Shown in pieces: positions 53,301-64,000 of a stretch of 64,000 nucleotides of DNA (position 1 is its first letter; every line of letters begins with the position of its first letter). The stretch spans positions 186,001 to 250,000 of the forward strand of contig NW_003314367.1 in NCBI RefSeq assembly GCF_000143415.4, written 5' to 3'. The notes under the pieces are model-generated. The model made no database searches and had not been told where the DNA came from. It saw nothing but the letters and a program-made list of their open reading frames with translations. The position numbers were made by a program, and so were the translations under genes. The DNA is from Selaginella moellendorffii (taxonomy: Eukaryota > Plantae > Lycopodiophyta).

Positions 53301-54384
53301 AGCCCGAATCTTTATACTCGGGTGGAGGGTGAATCATTTGTGATCATCGCTCTTTATGTTGATGATACTCTTGTCATCCATAATCATCGCTTAATGTTTC
53401 TCCAGGTTAAGTGAGATCTTTGCAGCCAATTTGAGATGAAAACTCTTGGCTCAGCTTCCTACTTTCTTGGCATGGAACTTGTGCGTGATCGCTCTCAACG
53501 CACTATCTATCTTCACCAAGCCAAGTATATAGAAGAGATGCTGGCCAGGTTTTCTATGACGAGCTCTAATCCAGTGGCAACACCAATGGAACTAGGCTGC
53601 CAGCTTTCACGAGCCATGTCTCCTGAGACAGAGGACGACAAGAGAGCCATGGACTCCATCCCTTACAGACAAGCTGTTGGCAGTCTCATGTATCCAGCTG
53701 TTTGTACGCGCCCAGATATTTCTTTTGCCGTGAGCAAAGTTAGCCAATTCCTGGCTAATCCTGGATCTCAACATTGGGCAGCGGTGAAACACATCTTCAG
53801 GTACCTTCGAGGTACTACTTACCTTGGATTGTGCTACCAGGGAAAAGCGCTTCACGGGCTACTGTGATGCTGATTTTGGGGGAGACTGTGACACACGCAA
53901 GTCCACCTCTGGCTATTCGTTTTCCCTGGGCAGTGCGACAGTCTCGTGGTGCAGCAGGAAGCAAAGTACAGTGGCAACCTCTAGTACTGAAGCAGAATAT
54001 TTGGCAGCCTCACAAGCTACCAAAGAAGGTGTGTGGTTACGCTCACTACTTTCTAACCTTGGTGTGAGTGTGAAGACTCCCACTCGCCTCTTCTGTGACA
54101 ATCAAAGCTGCATTGCGTTAGCGGCCAATCCTCGCTTTCATTCACGCACCAAACACTTTGGGATTCATCATCATTTTGTTTGTGAGAAAGTGGAAGATGG
54201 CACAATTGAGCTGATCTACTGCGACACGACCACTCAGGTTGCAGATATCTTCACAAAAGCACTACCCCGAGATCGATTTCAAGTCCATCGCGAAGGGCTG
54301 GGACTTTCTCCACTGATGAGCATCATTCGTGATGGCCACAGTGCCAGTGGGAGTGTTGAGAGTGGCCCTGTGCCACGTGGCTAG
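50351..54384 (+). pseudogene. Copia gag-pol polyprotein (frameshifted)
   Basis: CSHCNKKGHDEAQC; protease YLDSAATDHM; LWHARLGHPS; integrase VHTDVCGP/FIDDYSR/LRSDGGGEF/QQNGVAERKNR; RT YKARLVAKG/QMDVTTAFL/LYVDD; RNase H YCDADF/EAEY/ADIFTK. Integrase precedes RT. Confidence 0.95.
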
Positions 54385-54503
54385 TCTACGTGGAGAGACA
54401 CGAGTCTTCACCGGTTCACCATGTCACACATATGTACATTTTCCATTCCATATATGCTATGACGGATCTTGAGCACCATCACACGGTTTCACCTTTCGTT
54501 AGA
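54354..54503 (+). repeat. 3' LTR (150 bp)
   Basis: Direct repeat of 50008-50157. Confidence 0.92.
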
Positions 54504-55889
54504 GGAGTCGAATCTGCTGCACGAGGTGGAGCTCTCGGCCAGGAGCACATCGAGAAGAGGATGGCAGAGTTTGGAAGCGAAAGGCAAGCCTGGAGAAGCA
54601 AGTAACTGGCAGCTGATGGAGAGGATCACGGGGCTCTAGGCACTCGAGGAGAGAGAGACGTGCCTGATGCAAAGGAAAGCTTTGGGAGACTGAACAAGGA
54701 GCTTGCTTGATGTTTTTTTTTTTTTTCTTCTCTAGATTGGAGCTCACTCGATGCATTGCAGATCCTTCATGCTTGCAAGCTTGTAACAATCGACCTGAAG
54801 AGACCAAGTGCCAGGTAAGTCTCGAGATTTTGTGTAAAACTTCTTTTGGATCAATTAATTGTTGTGATTCGTGAATACTTTCAAATAAAATGCAAAGACA
54901 TTTTTGAGAACAAGGTGGGAATTTAACGATTGTGCAGTGAGCCGCAAGACAAGGTATTTCCCAGTCCCACCACCCTGGGGCTCTTGGGTGGTGGGAATAC
55001 TAAGATAATGTAGACAGTAATTGATTAAGTAGTAATATTTTAAAATCTTTATTCTAACAGTAAATATAGTTTATTAGTACATAATACTATGTAATTACAG
55101 TTTCTATAGTATATATATTTACAAAAGATTTTTTTAGTAATTATTTTCTTGACTGGATCTGAGTAATGTTCCTAAAAACTTAATGTTTTATATTTTAGGT
55201 AAACCACATAATTAAGTAATGTCTTGCTAATAAAAATGAGTAATAATTATTCTTAGTAATTATTCTCTTAATATAAGCTTATCCCAAATAAAAATATAAC
55301 TTACATATAACATATTATTAATAATAGAAATTTTTTTTTTCTGGGTCTAAATATATTCATATTTCCAAATAATAATTGTATCTAATATTTTTATTAGTAT
55401 TTCGCGTTGCCATCATGCCGGTTTGTGATCGCACTGAAGTTCTGGGGTAATGGCCTGGATCACATGGTAACGGAACCTCGCTCTAAGCCTATGGCTAGAG
55501 CACCTAAAGGCAAAAGGCGGGGAAAGTACCCATGAGGCTTCTGTTTCGGATGTTTTAGCTATGAACTGGTTTCTCAACAGACTTCAGTTTGAGATGCAGA
55601 CTCCGGTACAGCTAGAGGCACCCACCATGAATATTTATTCTTACTTTTCTCTGGGAATATATTTTGTTCTAAATATTTATAATATCAAGTTTACAAGAAT
55701 TGACTTTTGTGTTCACCTAACATTTGCTGGGCATAATTCCCTCAATTCTTCTTTCAAAGTAGAATACAATATTTATTTTTTGATATTATTCTACTTTTAA
55801 TTTTTAATATAACAAAATTATAACAATCAAAACAATATTTTGCTAATAGGACAGCACATGCTGGGCAAGTGCTAGTAGTTTATATTTAG

Positions 55890-55890
<1 letters not shown>

Positions 55891-55926
<36 letters not shown>
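55891..55926. repeat. (TA)n microsatellite
   Basis: Perfect TA run, paralogous to those at 13974 and 27788. Confidence 0.98.
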
Positions 55927-55929
<3 letters not shown>

Positions 55930-56199
55930 ATTATGTTTTCATAAAATCCTTAAACTTGACACAATAACCGTGTACCAGAATATTCTTTGTATGGAAAAGA
56001 ATATTATGTACCAATTAGAATTCCCCCTCAGTGGAATGTAACAAAACATAGAGTTGACTATTTTCATAGAATATGTTTTTTGCAAACATTTTGTTAATTA
56101 TATGTTAAATATTAACCCACTTCGCTTAACTTCACCGACAATGTCTCCCTTTACTCTGCTTCTGCTTCAATTGATTCATTCCCAGTTGCAAGAGTTCCA

Positions 56200-56881
56200 A
56201 TGAGGTTATCTCTTTATCCCGCTGCTGCATTTACATTAGCGTTGGATCTCCTCGCGTTCGGCCTTTCAGTTGGTTCTTCGTCCACAAGGTATCATGTAAG
56301 CCGCCTTCACTTCGCCCTTGAATTCACGTTTTCTGGCTGTAGGAAACCATTCAAGACGAGATTTCATCTGATCACACCAGAATCAGATGCATCCCCAAGA
56401 GAGGAGGGGTAGCAAGCGGCTTAGCTATCGGAGCTGCCGTGTGTTTGCCTCTCGGCTAAATCACCGCCACAGCCGCCACAAAATGCACTTGCTGTTCTTC
56501 GTCGCTTCATCGACGCGGATGCAAGATCGCTGCAATTATCCTCCTCACTCTTTCCTGGTATTTTCAGCAAGAAAGAAAAATTCATTTATTTAAAAGATCA
56601 ACTTTTGTGGTAATGGCAGGATCTCTTTCGTGATCGCTGAGCTCTTCTTGAACACGGCGGCCAGCCTCAGCAGTTACCAAGTGGAAAGGTTTGAAGAATC
56701 TGGTTGCAGCACTGTTCTGCAAGGCGTGAGTGTTGTCGGTGCTGCTTTTACACTCGTCACTTTGCTGCTCAGCATTGCCTACTTGTCCGTCTACATGAGC
56801 GGCATGAAGAAACAGAAGAAGAAGACGAGCACCGACGAAACAAGCCGGATTGTTGATATGGAAGTCGCAAAACCAGTTTAG
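56200..56881 (+). pseudogene. DUF1218 copy 3 (premature TAA in exon 2)
   Basis: ggcTAAatc at ~56457 where copy 2 has ggcCAAatc. Confidence 0.7.
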
Positions 56882-56914
56882 ATAGAAGCTGTAGGCTAGC
56901 GCTGTATAAGATCG

Positions 56915-57916
56915 ATGATTCAGTTGACAGAGATGTGCGTTTCTAGCACCACCATCAGCCCAGCTCTGTACGTCTCGCTGCTGAAATCCTGCGCTCTTAC
57001 CAGAGACTTAGCCAGAGGGAAACAACTTCACAGAGAGATCCATGCGTCCTGGCAAACAAACAACACAGTCCTCTGCAATCTGCTCGTTCAGATGTACGGG
57101 AAATGCGGGAGTTTGCCTGATGCTCGCGACGTGTTTGATAGTGTTAACCAGCCTAATGCGTTCACTTGGAACATCATGATCCGTGCATATACAGAGAATG
57201 GTCAGTTGCTGCAAGCGAGGATTTTGTTCGGCAACATGCCTATCAAGAATGTGGTTTCCTGGACGACAATGCTGGAAGCCTACAGAAGAACTGGTGGTCT
57301 TGAAGAGGCTGAGGATCTGTTGGAATGTGATGATATCTGGTTACGCTCACACGAAGCGTTTTTGCGAGGCCGAGGCATTGTTCGAAGAGATGCCGAGGAG
57401 AGATCTGGTTTCGTGGTCGCTGATGATCTCCGCGTATGCTCAAAATGGCGACACCGCTCGAGCAAAGGCTTTGTTTGACGGAATGCCTCAGCAGAATCTC
57501 ATCGCCAGGAACACGATCGTAGCTGCGTACGCTTCGGAGGGCGATTTGGGACTTGCGAGGATGGTGTTTGATGCGATGCCGGAGAAGAAAGACGACGATC
57601 GTTAGAGAGTATGCGCAAAACGGTCATTTACGTGAGGCAAGGGTGTTGTTTGAAAAGATGCCTGAGAGTCGTGACCTGGAACTCAATGGTCACAGCCTAT
57701 GCTCAGAACGGACTGGTTGATCAAGCTGTGGATGTCTTGAATCAGATGCCTTGCAGAGATGTGGTTTCCTGCAACGTTACGATTGCGGCATATTCGCACA
57801 ACGGGCATAATCAGCAGGCCATCGCGTTGTTTCGAAAGATGGATCTTGAAGGCTTGCAACCCAACGAGATCACCTTCATTACGGTCTCCAACGCCTATGC
57901 AACGGTCTCGTTGTAG
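56915..57916 (+). pseudogene. PPR copy 3, frameshifted and 3' truncated
   Basis: Inverted paralog of 25620-26616 with extra deletions. Confidence 0.87.
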
Positions 57917-58329
57917 GAATAATGATGAACACGACAAGCAGTCCGAATCGTGATCAGATCTCTGGTGATTTCCGATTTGATTGAAGTTGTATATATATAC
58001 AGCCATATATGAATCAAGGCGTGTGTTGAAGTGAAATTCGTTGTTCTTGCTCCGCTTTTCTTTCTTGGTATCGGAGCTTAGTTTCTGAACTCTTTCTTCT
58101 CCTTTCTTTGTGCCTCACATCATGAGCTGCAGCAAAGTTGGATTGATCATTCATTCATTCATTCATCACATAAACACTAGAGCGTAATAGCTATATGCTA
58201 ATGGTTATGTTAGCGTTTTCTTCAGGTGTCATTCATCCATCAATCACAAAGATTTGAGTTTTGTTTGTTGTTAAAATTTAAATTTATAATCTTACATATA
58301 CTGCAGTCATGACTTCCACAATTCATGCT

Positions 58330-60425
58330 GCAATCAACAGGACCTCCAGGCACTTCATGGCACACTGAAAGAGGACATACCCACAACCAAATTATGGACA
58401 TCCCTCTATCATGTAAGCATTTGTTAAATTTTGATTTTGTGCGGATAGATCCAACGAGCTTGCCTTGAATTACGTTTGAATTGAAACTGATCGCAGGGAC
58501 ATCAAAACTACTTGGACAGCAATCAGCTTGACGACGATGGAAGGGTGAGAACTCCGAGCGTTCTGCGAGATCACCGAACTGGAGTACATTCTCGAAGTGT
58601 CGGGCCGGCTCACTCTCGAGTTTATGGACGTGTACAGGATTCGCGGCAGCAGCTTCAGCATTGACTTGCTGGAGCTGACAGACTTCGCAGACTATATAGT
58701 GACTACGAGATCATTCACGAGCACACCTTTTGTCCCGAGTTGGGAGGATCTTTTTATACCATTCTTTCTAGAGCTCCCATGATACTCCCTCGGAGCCAAA
58801 CAAATAAAGGAATTAAAGGTACCTCTTTGGAAAAGTGGCGATTCTACGTAACACCAAGAAAAAATCACGGGTGCAGCGGATCGGAGCTCTTGCTCTCCAG
58901 AGGTTCTCGTTTTCAAGTCGAGGGTTGACCACTGCTGGGTTTTAGTTTTTGCTCCGCTTTCTCCACTTTGCAGGGCTTGGACAGGCCAAATAAAGGAATA
59001 GAGAAGAAAGAAACTCACTGTGAATCCAAGATATCACAGCTGTTCCTCCTTCGTGTTTTATGCGCGTGAGCTCCTCTTCGATCTGGAAGCCGACGGCGAT
59101 CACCCTAGCACCAGAAATCCCCCGCCAAGAACAAGAGGACGAAATCCTGTCCTGGTCCTGGATCGATCCGCTGCTCCTACTCTAGCCACAAAACCTCGCG
59201 GAGCCACTACGCCGGCGCCAAGATCCACAGCTCCTCGCGAAATCACCACGACAAGATCAAGATTCCCGAGAATGCGCCCGCGGAGGAAGATATCCAGCGC
59301 CTCCGGCCCACTGCCGCTGGGAAGAATCCACGCCCGTGGCACAAGAGCAGCATCGATTCCTGCCGCCAATCCGGCTCCCTGGCTGCCATCTCTGTTGGAG
59401 CTCCGGAGACGCCGTCGCGCCGCGCCACCGCGCGAGGAAAGGTAAGACGGTGGAAGCCGAATCGGAGCCATGGAAATCGAGGAGCAAGCCGCCGCGGCCA
59501 GAGCCAGTGCTGGAGCCGGCAGTGCCGACAACAAAGAAGAGCTCTTCTCCAGGGCGAGGCCTCCACAGGAGACACAGATTGACGGCGACGAGGATGTCAT
59601 GCGCGATGATCTTGCAGAGGTGCCCAAGCCCGTGGATGACACAAGTCAGCGCAGCCAGGGGGTCCCCAGCCAGGCAGCCTCGCCGCCGCCTCCAAATCGA
59701 GTGGAACCATCGGGGACCGCTTCTCCCGACGTGGATTGGCCTCGCGCTTCTCCTCTGTCGCTGTTCTCCGCCAGAAGATGGATCACGTCGCTTGGAAGGG
59801 GAGCGGGAGGCTTTAAAGGTCCAAGCTATACGAGCTTGTACCAAGGCAGCACAGAAAATCCTGGCAGGACCTCTCTCGCAGATCTTGCTCCCGGATTGCA
59901 GCAAATTTCGGAGCAGGGCTGCCCGAGCTGACGTCCCTTTCTCTCGCGAGCGTGAACCGACGAATTACCGAGCGAGCTCATGGTGGCCATGGGGCCGAAA
60001 CTAGAGGAGCTCAGTATCTCGAATTGCAGGTAACCAACCGTCTGTGGTGCTTTGGCTTCTTACTGAGATCCGCTGGACTTTTTTTGTGCAGCGTTACGGT
60101 GGCGGCTGTTGCAGCTTGCGGTTCTACTCTGAAAAGCTTTGCACTTCGAAGGCTTGGAGCTTACAGACGTCACGTTACAGCACTAGGACCTCAGGTGAAT
60201 CTTTACTGCCTTTCTTCTCATCTGCTACTTACACAAGCTTTGTTTTCTTCTCAGTGACGAGGTAGTGGCGGACTTCGTCACGGCCGCTGGAAGCTCGCTG
60301 CGCAACCTGTCCATCGCAAGCGTGAAAGCGTTCGTTCTTTGTCAGGCCCTTTTGCCGCAGAGCGACCGAGGACGGGTTTGGATTCCTTGTCCCAATCTCG
60401 TGGAGCTCAGACTCTTTCTTGCTCG
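58330..60425 (+). pseudogene. Inverted mosaic of family-E, BRWD, 7.6-kb gene and RAD7-like fragments
   Basis: Reverse complement of 23070-24600 plus fragments matching 7050-8040. Confidence 0.8.
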
Positions 60426-60537
60426 TCTTTAAAAACTCAAATAAACAAAAAAACGCGATTCTTTAAACAATTTTTAAGAAAATTGTCCGAGTGTAACGGG
60501 CGACTTTAGGTTTAACACATTTTAGGGTTTGGCGGCT

Positions 60538-61731
60538 ATGGCGGCTGAAGCGGTGAGGGAGCTGAAGAAATCGCTCAACGACGACGAGGGTTTCTTTGAT
60601 AGGCACGAAGAGATGACTGATCTGCTCACACATATTGAGGGAGACAACCGCATCGCTGTAGTGCTGGGCCCCAACGATTCAGGCAAGTCCGCTCTGCTCA
60701 AGCAGCTCAGGAAGATGTGGGATACCAGCCCTTTGCTGAAAGCCCAGTTGCCGCTCTTCTACATGGACATGAGGGCTGCGGACTTCAGTTCCCCATAGCA
60801 GGCACAGATTGCAAGACAGATGCGAACTTCGGCTTTTTGGCTCATAGATGTGGCAGCTCAAAGTGCCCTGCAACTGGCTTCCATTGCTTAATGTCTATGT
60901 GACTTTAGAACCACTGCCGGAAAAGGTTGTCGAAGGTGTACATAATCACCACAACAGCCCGGTTTTGTTTGGTCATGGCTATGAAACATCCCAGGAGGGC
61001 TATGAAACATCTTAGGAAGGTGCCTATATCCTGGTCCGACCAGGTCCTGGGATGTTTCATAGCCATGACTAAGCAGGACCAGACTGTTGTGGTTATGTCC
61101 ACTTCTGATGACATTTTTTTGGCAGTGGTTTCAAAGTTACATAGACGTTGAGCAGTGAAAGCCAGTTGTTGTGGGGCACGTTAGTGAAAAGAACGCCAAG
61201 GCATTCCTGTCAAGCCTCGTTGCCAAGTGCATAGCAGTAGGTGCCACAGCTCCTGACTCATAGTCGGAGCAGAAGGTGTATGAGATCTGTGGCAGTTACC
61301 CTTTAACACTTGAGAACTGTGTGATCAATGTGTTCGAGCAGGGAAGCAGCATGGAGGTGGTTCTTGAAGATATGGTGGTGGCACAGCTGCCCATGATTCT
61401 CCTGGGACTGGAGCATGGTCACGGCTGGGAAGAGGCTAAGTTCAGGGAGGTGATGAAGCTCATTGTGGCGCATGGTGCAGTTGGGCTGTCGAAGATTTGC
61501 CGCCGTATCTTTAAGTCGGACATCTCGGAGTGCCAGCAGCAGATCAAAGCAATGCTCTCCTTCAATGTGATACATGTTCATTACATGCTGCCGGGACTGG
61601 TTTATGATGATCTTCGAGACTTTGACATGGGGCCTGCCATGAACTGTGATTTCGTCATGGCAAGGTCGCCTACCCACCATGTGGCTATGAAAATGTTTTG
61701 TGATGGTGCGTTTGACAAACCGGACGAATAG
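60538..61731 (+). pseudogene. STAND ATPase copy 3, disrupted by stops and an inverted duplication replacing the Walker B region
   Basis: GPNDSGKS retained; TAG at 60796; inverted arm 60861-61042; C-terminal part near-identical to the intact copy. Confidence 0.9.
60861..61180. repeat. Fold-back inverted repeat (arms ~135 bp) derived from ATPase coding sequence
   Basis: 60861-60995 (aagtgccctgcaactggcttcc..gaaacatcccagg) pairs with 61046-61180 (cctgggatgtttc..ccagttgttgtggggcac). Confidence 0.9.
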
Positions 61732-61789
61732 AAACTTAGAAATGTGAATATCATATTAGTCCCTAACAAAGAGAAACTTTTGCAAACGA

Positions 61790-62619
61790 TTTCAACTTTT
61801 GCTTTCCATCCTGCAAGGATCCCCGTGAATGTGCATCCACAGCAACAGCGCATGCCTTTCCGTCACAGCCTTGAGTTCCTTCTTGAAAGAATGCTTGAAG
61901 AAGACGAAGGCGGGCATTTTGATCCGGACTTGCGTGACCAGCGCTTCCAGCAGTCGTCTTCTGTCACCAAAGCTGAGCCTACCGAAACAGTACCAGACCT
62001 GCTTTCTGATCTTCTCGAGCTGCGCTCGTCGCCATCGCTGTTCTCCGCCATCAAACCCCACGATGTGCTGTCTGGACTGATTGGCAAACGCTGCTTCTGC
62101 TCGGTGATGAACGATTCCGCTTCCAGTAAGAGAACGCTGCTCCTGGCGGCTTCAAATCTCCCGGGATAGCAGTAGTCGTCCCTGTCCCTTCCGTGGAGGA
62201 AAAACGCTAGAGATCCGTCAGGAAGGCCGATGATCTCAAACACCGGACCCCAGAGCAACCCGCAATCCATTCCTCGAGGGGTGGTATGATTCGGCAGCCC
62301 ACCACCGAAAGAAATCCCCAAGTAACATAGATTAAGTTCCCCAGCTCCGGATTCTGATGCACCCAAATACCCACCAGATTCCTCACCCGTTGATGAATCT
62401 GAACAGCGCCTTCTGCGACTGCATCCCATGCCTCTAAGTGCTCAAGTCGATGTAGTCCTCCGCTTCTTCTTCTCTAACCAGCCTTTGGCACTGCGGGAAC
62501 CAGAGCTTATCAGAGCTGCAGACGTCTCGAAGCTTGCAAGAAGTGTGACAGACGCGGCTGGATGTCAACCCGAACATATCGTCCAGAAGATCAGTCAACA
62601 AGCCGTCGTGATCTCCCAT
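61790..62619 (-). pseudogene. F-box (At5g39450-like) fragment, copy 3
   Basis: Paralog of 31680-32481 with different indels. Confidence 0.75.
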
Positions 62620-64000
62620 CGAGGAAAAAAACAAGCTCCTCGATCACGCATCAAAGGTAACATTATCAGAGGTAACAGCAGCGGCAGAAGCAGAATCCAT
62701 ATCTACAAAACGCACACAGTAGTCAGCAGCTGAGCTTGAGAATCGGCATAAAGAAAAGAAAAACAAGAACAAAACCATCTGTGTGTCGATTTCCTTCCTC
62801 AGTTTTTGCAGGACCTACCTAGGGAGTAGTCGCAGCTCGGCAGGCGAGGATGCAAGAGAAACCCGCCAGGCATTAAACATGATTCGACGAGAAATTCCAA
62901 AGTTGACTACACTACAAACATTGAATAGCAGTTGTTTAATCGCCCTATTTGCAACTGCTGCTTCAGAAAACACACCTGGCGGTGGAACGCAAAGGTCTGG
63001 ATTGCATTCCAAAAACTCCGCTCTGAGAGGGGCAGAGAAATGAATCGGATCAGATCAAGGAGAAGAAGAAGAGAAGATCAACTCAATCACCTACGTGCCG
63101 TGAAGCGCTTCGATGCTGCTGGAATAGAGCCCTAGACAAAACCACCAAACACTAGCGACGACGAGCTAGAGAAGAGCTCCTGTTGCTGATGAAAAAGAAA
63201 ATGTTTTCAAGTCTGTCCGCTTGGCCTAAGCACCAAAAAAAACAAAGCAAAAAAAGAAAACAAAACGATCATCAAAACGACCCACCACATCAAACAGGAC
63301 CAAATGCAATTGCTGAGGGAGGCGAAGACGACTCGGGCGGAGGCAGGAGTAAATGGGGGAGCTTAGTGCTCTATACTGCAGCTGTTAAGCTTCAGGCAAT
63401 TAAAATCAAAGATTCCGTGGCTCCCACGAAACGAGAAGCAAAGTCATGAGCAGCACAAAAGAGCACGTAGATACAGACGAAAACAAAGAAAAAAAGAAAC
63501 CATCGTTTTAGATGATACGATCAGCACTTGTCAAGTCTCACTCAGACGAGCAGACAAAAACTTCACGGAATCAGAGGGGAATGATTTCGCATGAGAATCA
63601 GGCAGGCTGCATGCACGAGAGAGAAGTGTATGATCAAGAAACAAGAAAAAGTGGGAAAGGAAAGTACCTCGAGTCGGAAATCTCCCTCACAAGCAGCCGA
63701 ACATTTTGCGAACTCATTTCAGCTTGCTGCAAGCAGAAATGAATTCGAAGGTTTGCCGTGAACGTCTTTGACACTCCAACGAGCTCAGCTCCCTCACAAG
63801 CAGCGCAACGATTTGCGACTACGAGTGCCATGAACGTCTTTGACACACTGCGTTGTTGAATTCGAAGGAGGCAGCACAGCGAATCTGTTTCAGCTATGAG
63901 ACACACTGTTAACATCAAGACGGCTCAACCGTTTCAGGACAAAAATCATTCATACCTCTGTGCATTCAAAGCATCAACGAGTCATGTTGAAAACCATTGC

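Larger units (their letters stand above)
50008..54503 (+). mobile_element. Ty1/copia LTR retrotransposon, near full length with degenerate pol, nested in Helitron B
   Basis: Two 150-bp LTRs, PBS tggtattggagc (50158), purine tract agtgggag before the 3' LTR, flanking duplication GGAGTCG. Confidence 0.95.
48474..55875 (+). mobile_element. Helitron B (non-autonomous, 7.4 kb including the nested copia), carrying gene fragments
   Basis: 5' TCTATCACAATAAGG; 3' hairpin CAGCACATGCTG + GGCAAGTG-CTAG|T; subterminal 48598-48672 similar to the reverse complement of Helitron A 48312-48387; flanks reconstitute the empty site at 14031-14071. Confidence 0.88.
39409..60491. other. ~21-kb inversion within the third tandem unit
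   Basis: Junctions ggctatggc|cttccgcgcgattaat (39408) and aaattgtccgag|tgtaacgggcg (60492), versus uninverted ggctatggc|ggacaatttt (23010) and ccgcgcgga|tgtaacgggcg (16644). Confidence 0.9.

Noticed and set aside
41888-55875. Single TIR transposon with CTAG inverted ends
   Set aside because: The internal GA-TTA-TC junction and absence of a TSD show two separate Helitrons.
59100-60257. Several 150-220 aa ORFs
   Set aside because: Frameshifted mosaics of RAD7 and 7.6-kb gene fragments.
62700-64000. Short ORFs and small direct repeats (gaacgtctttgacac, tgaattcgaagg)
   Set aside because: No recognisable domain; may be exons or UTR of a gene extending beyond the window and cannot be supported.

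Overview
Eukaryotic plant genomic DNA. Compact genes with ~50-60 nt GT-AG introns, PLS-class PPR genes and the gene content suggest a lycophyte such as Selaginella (inference). 1-8.4 kb is an apparently intact gene block: BRUTUS-like hemerythrin/CHY/RING E3 ligase, ATL-type RING-H2, RAD7-like LRR gene and a small plant-specific gene. From ~9 to 62.7 kb lies a decaying tandem segmental amplification (units of ~12-16 kb). Each unit carries RAD7 fragments, PPR, DUF1218, (TA)n, an unknown 2.4-kb repeat, an intronless STAND-type ATPase, an F-box fragment, WD40-bromodomain pseudogenes and small TM + 11-residue-repeat genes. The third unit contains a ~21-kb inversion (39409-60491). Inside it are two related Helitrons inserted head-to-head 3 bp apart, and the second Helitron hosts a Ty1/copia element with TG...GA LTRs. 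Most notable: only one ATPase copy is intact. The other two have each independently lost the Walker B region and gained a ~130-bp fold-back hairpin with local C>T/G>A hypermutation, a candidate paralog-derived hairpin-RNA silencing system. All alignments were made by eye and no database search was run.
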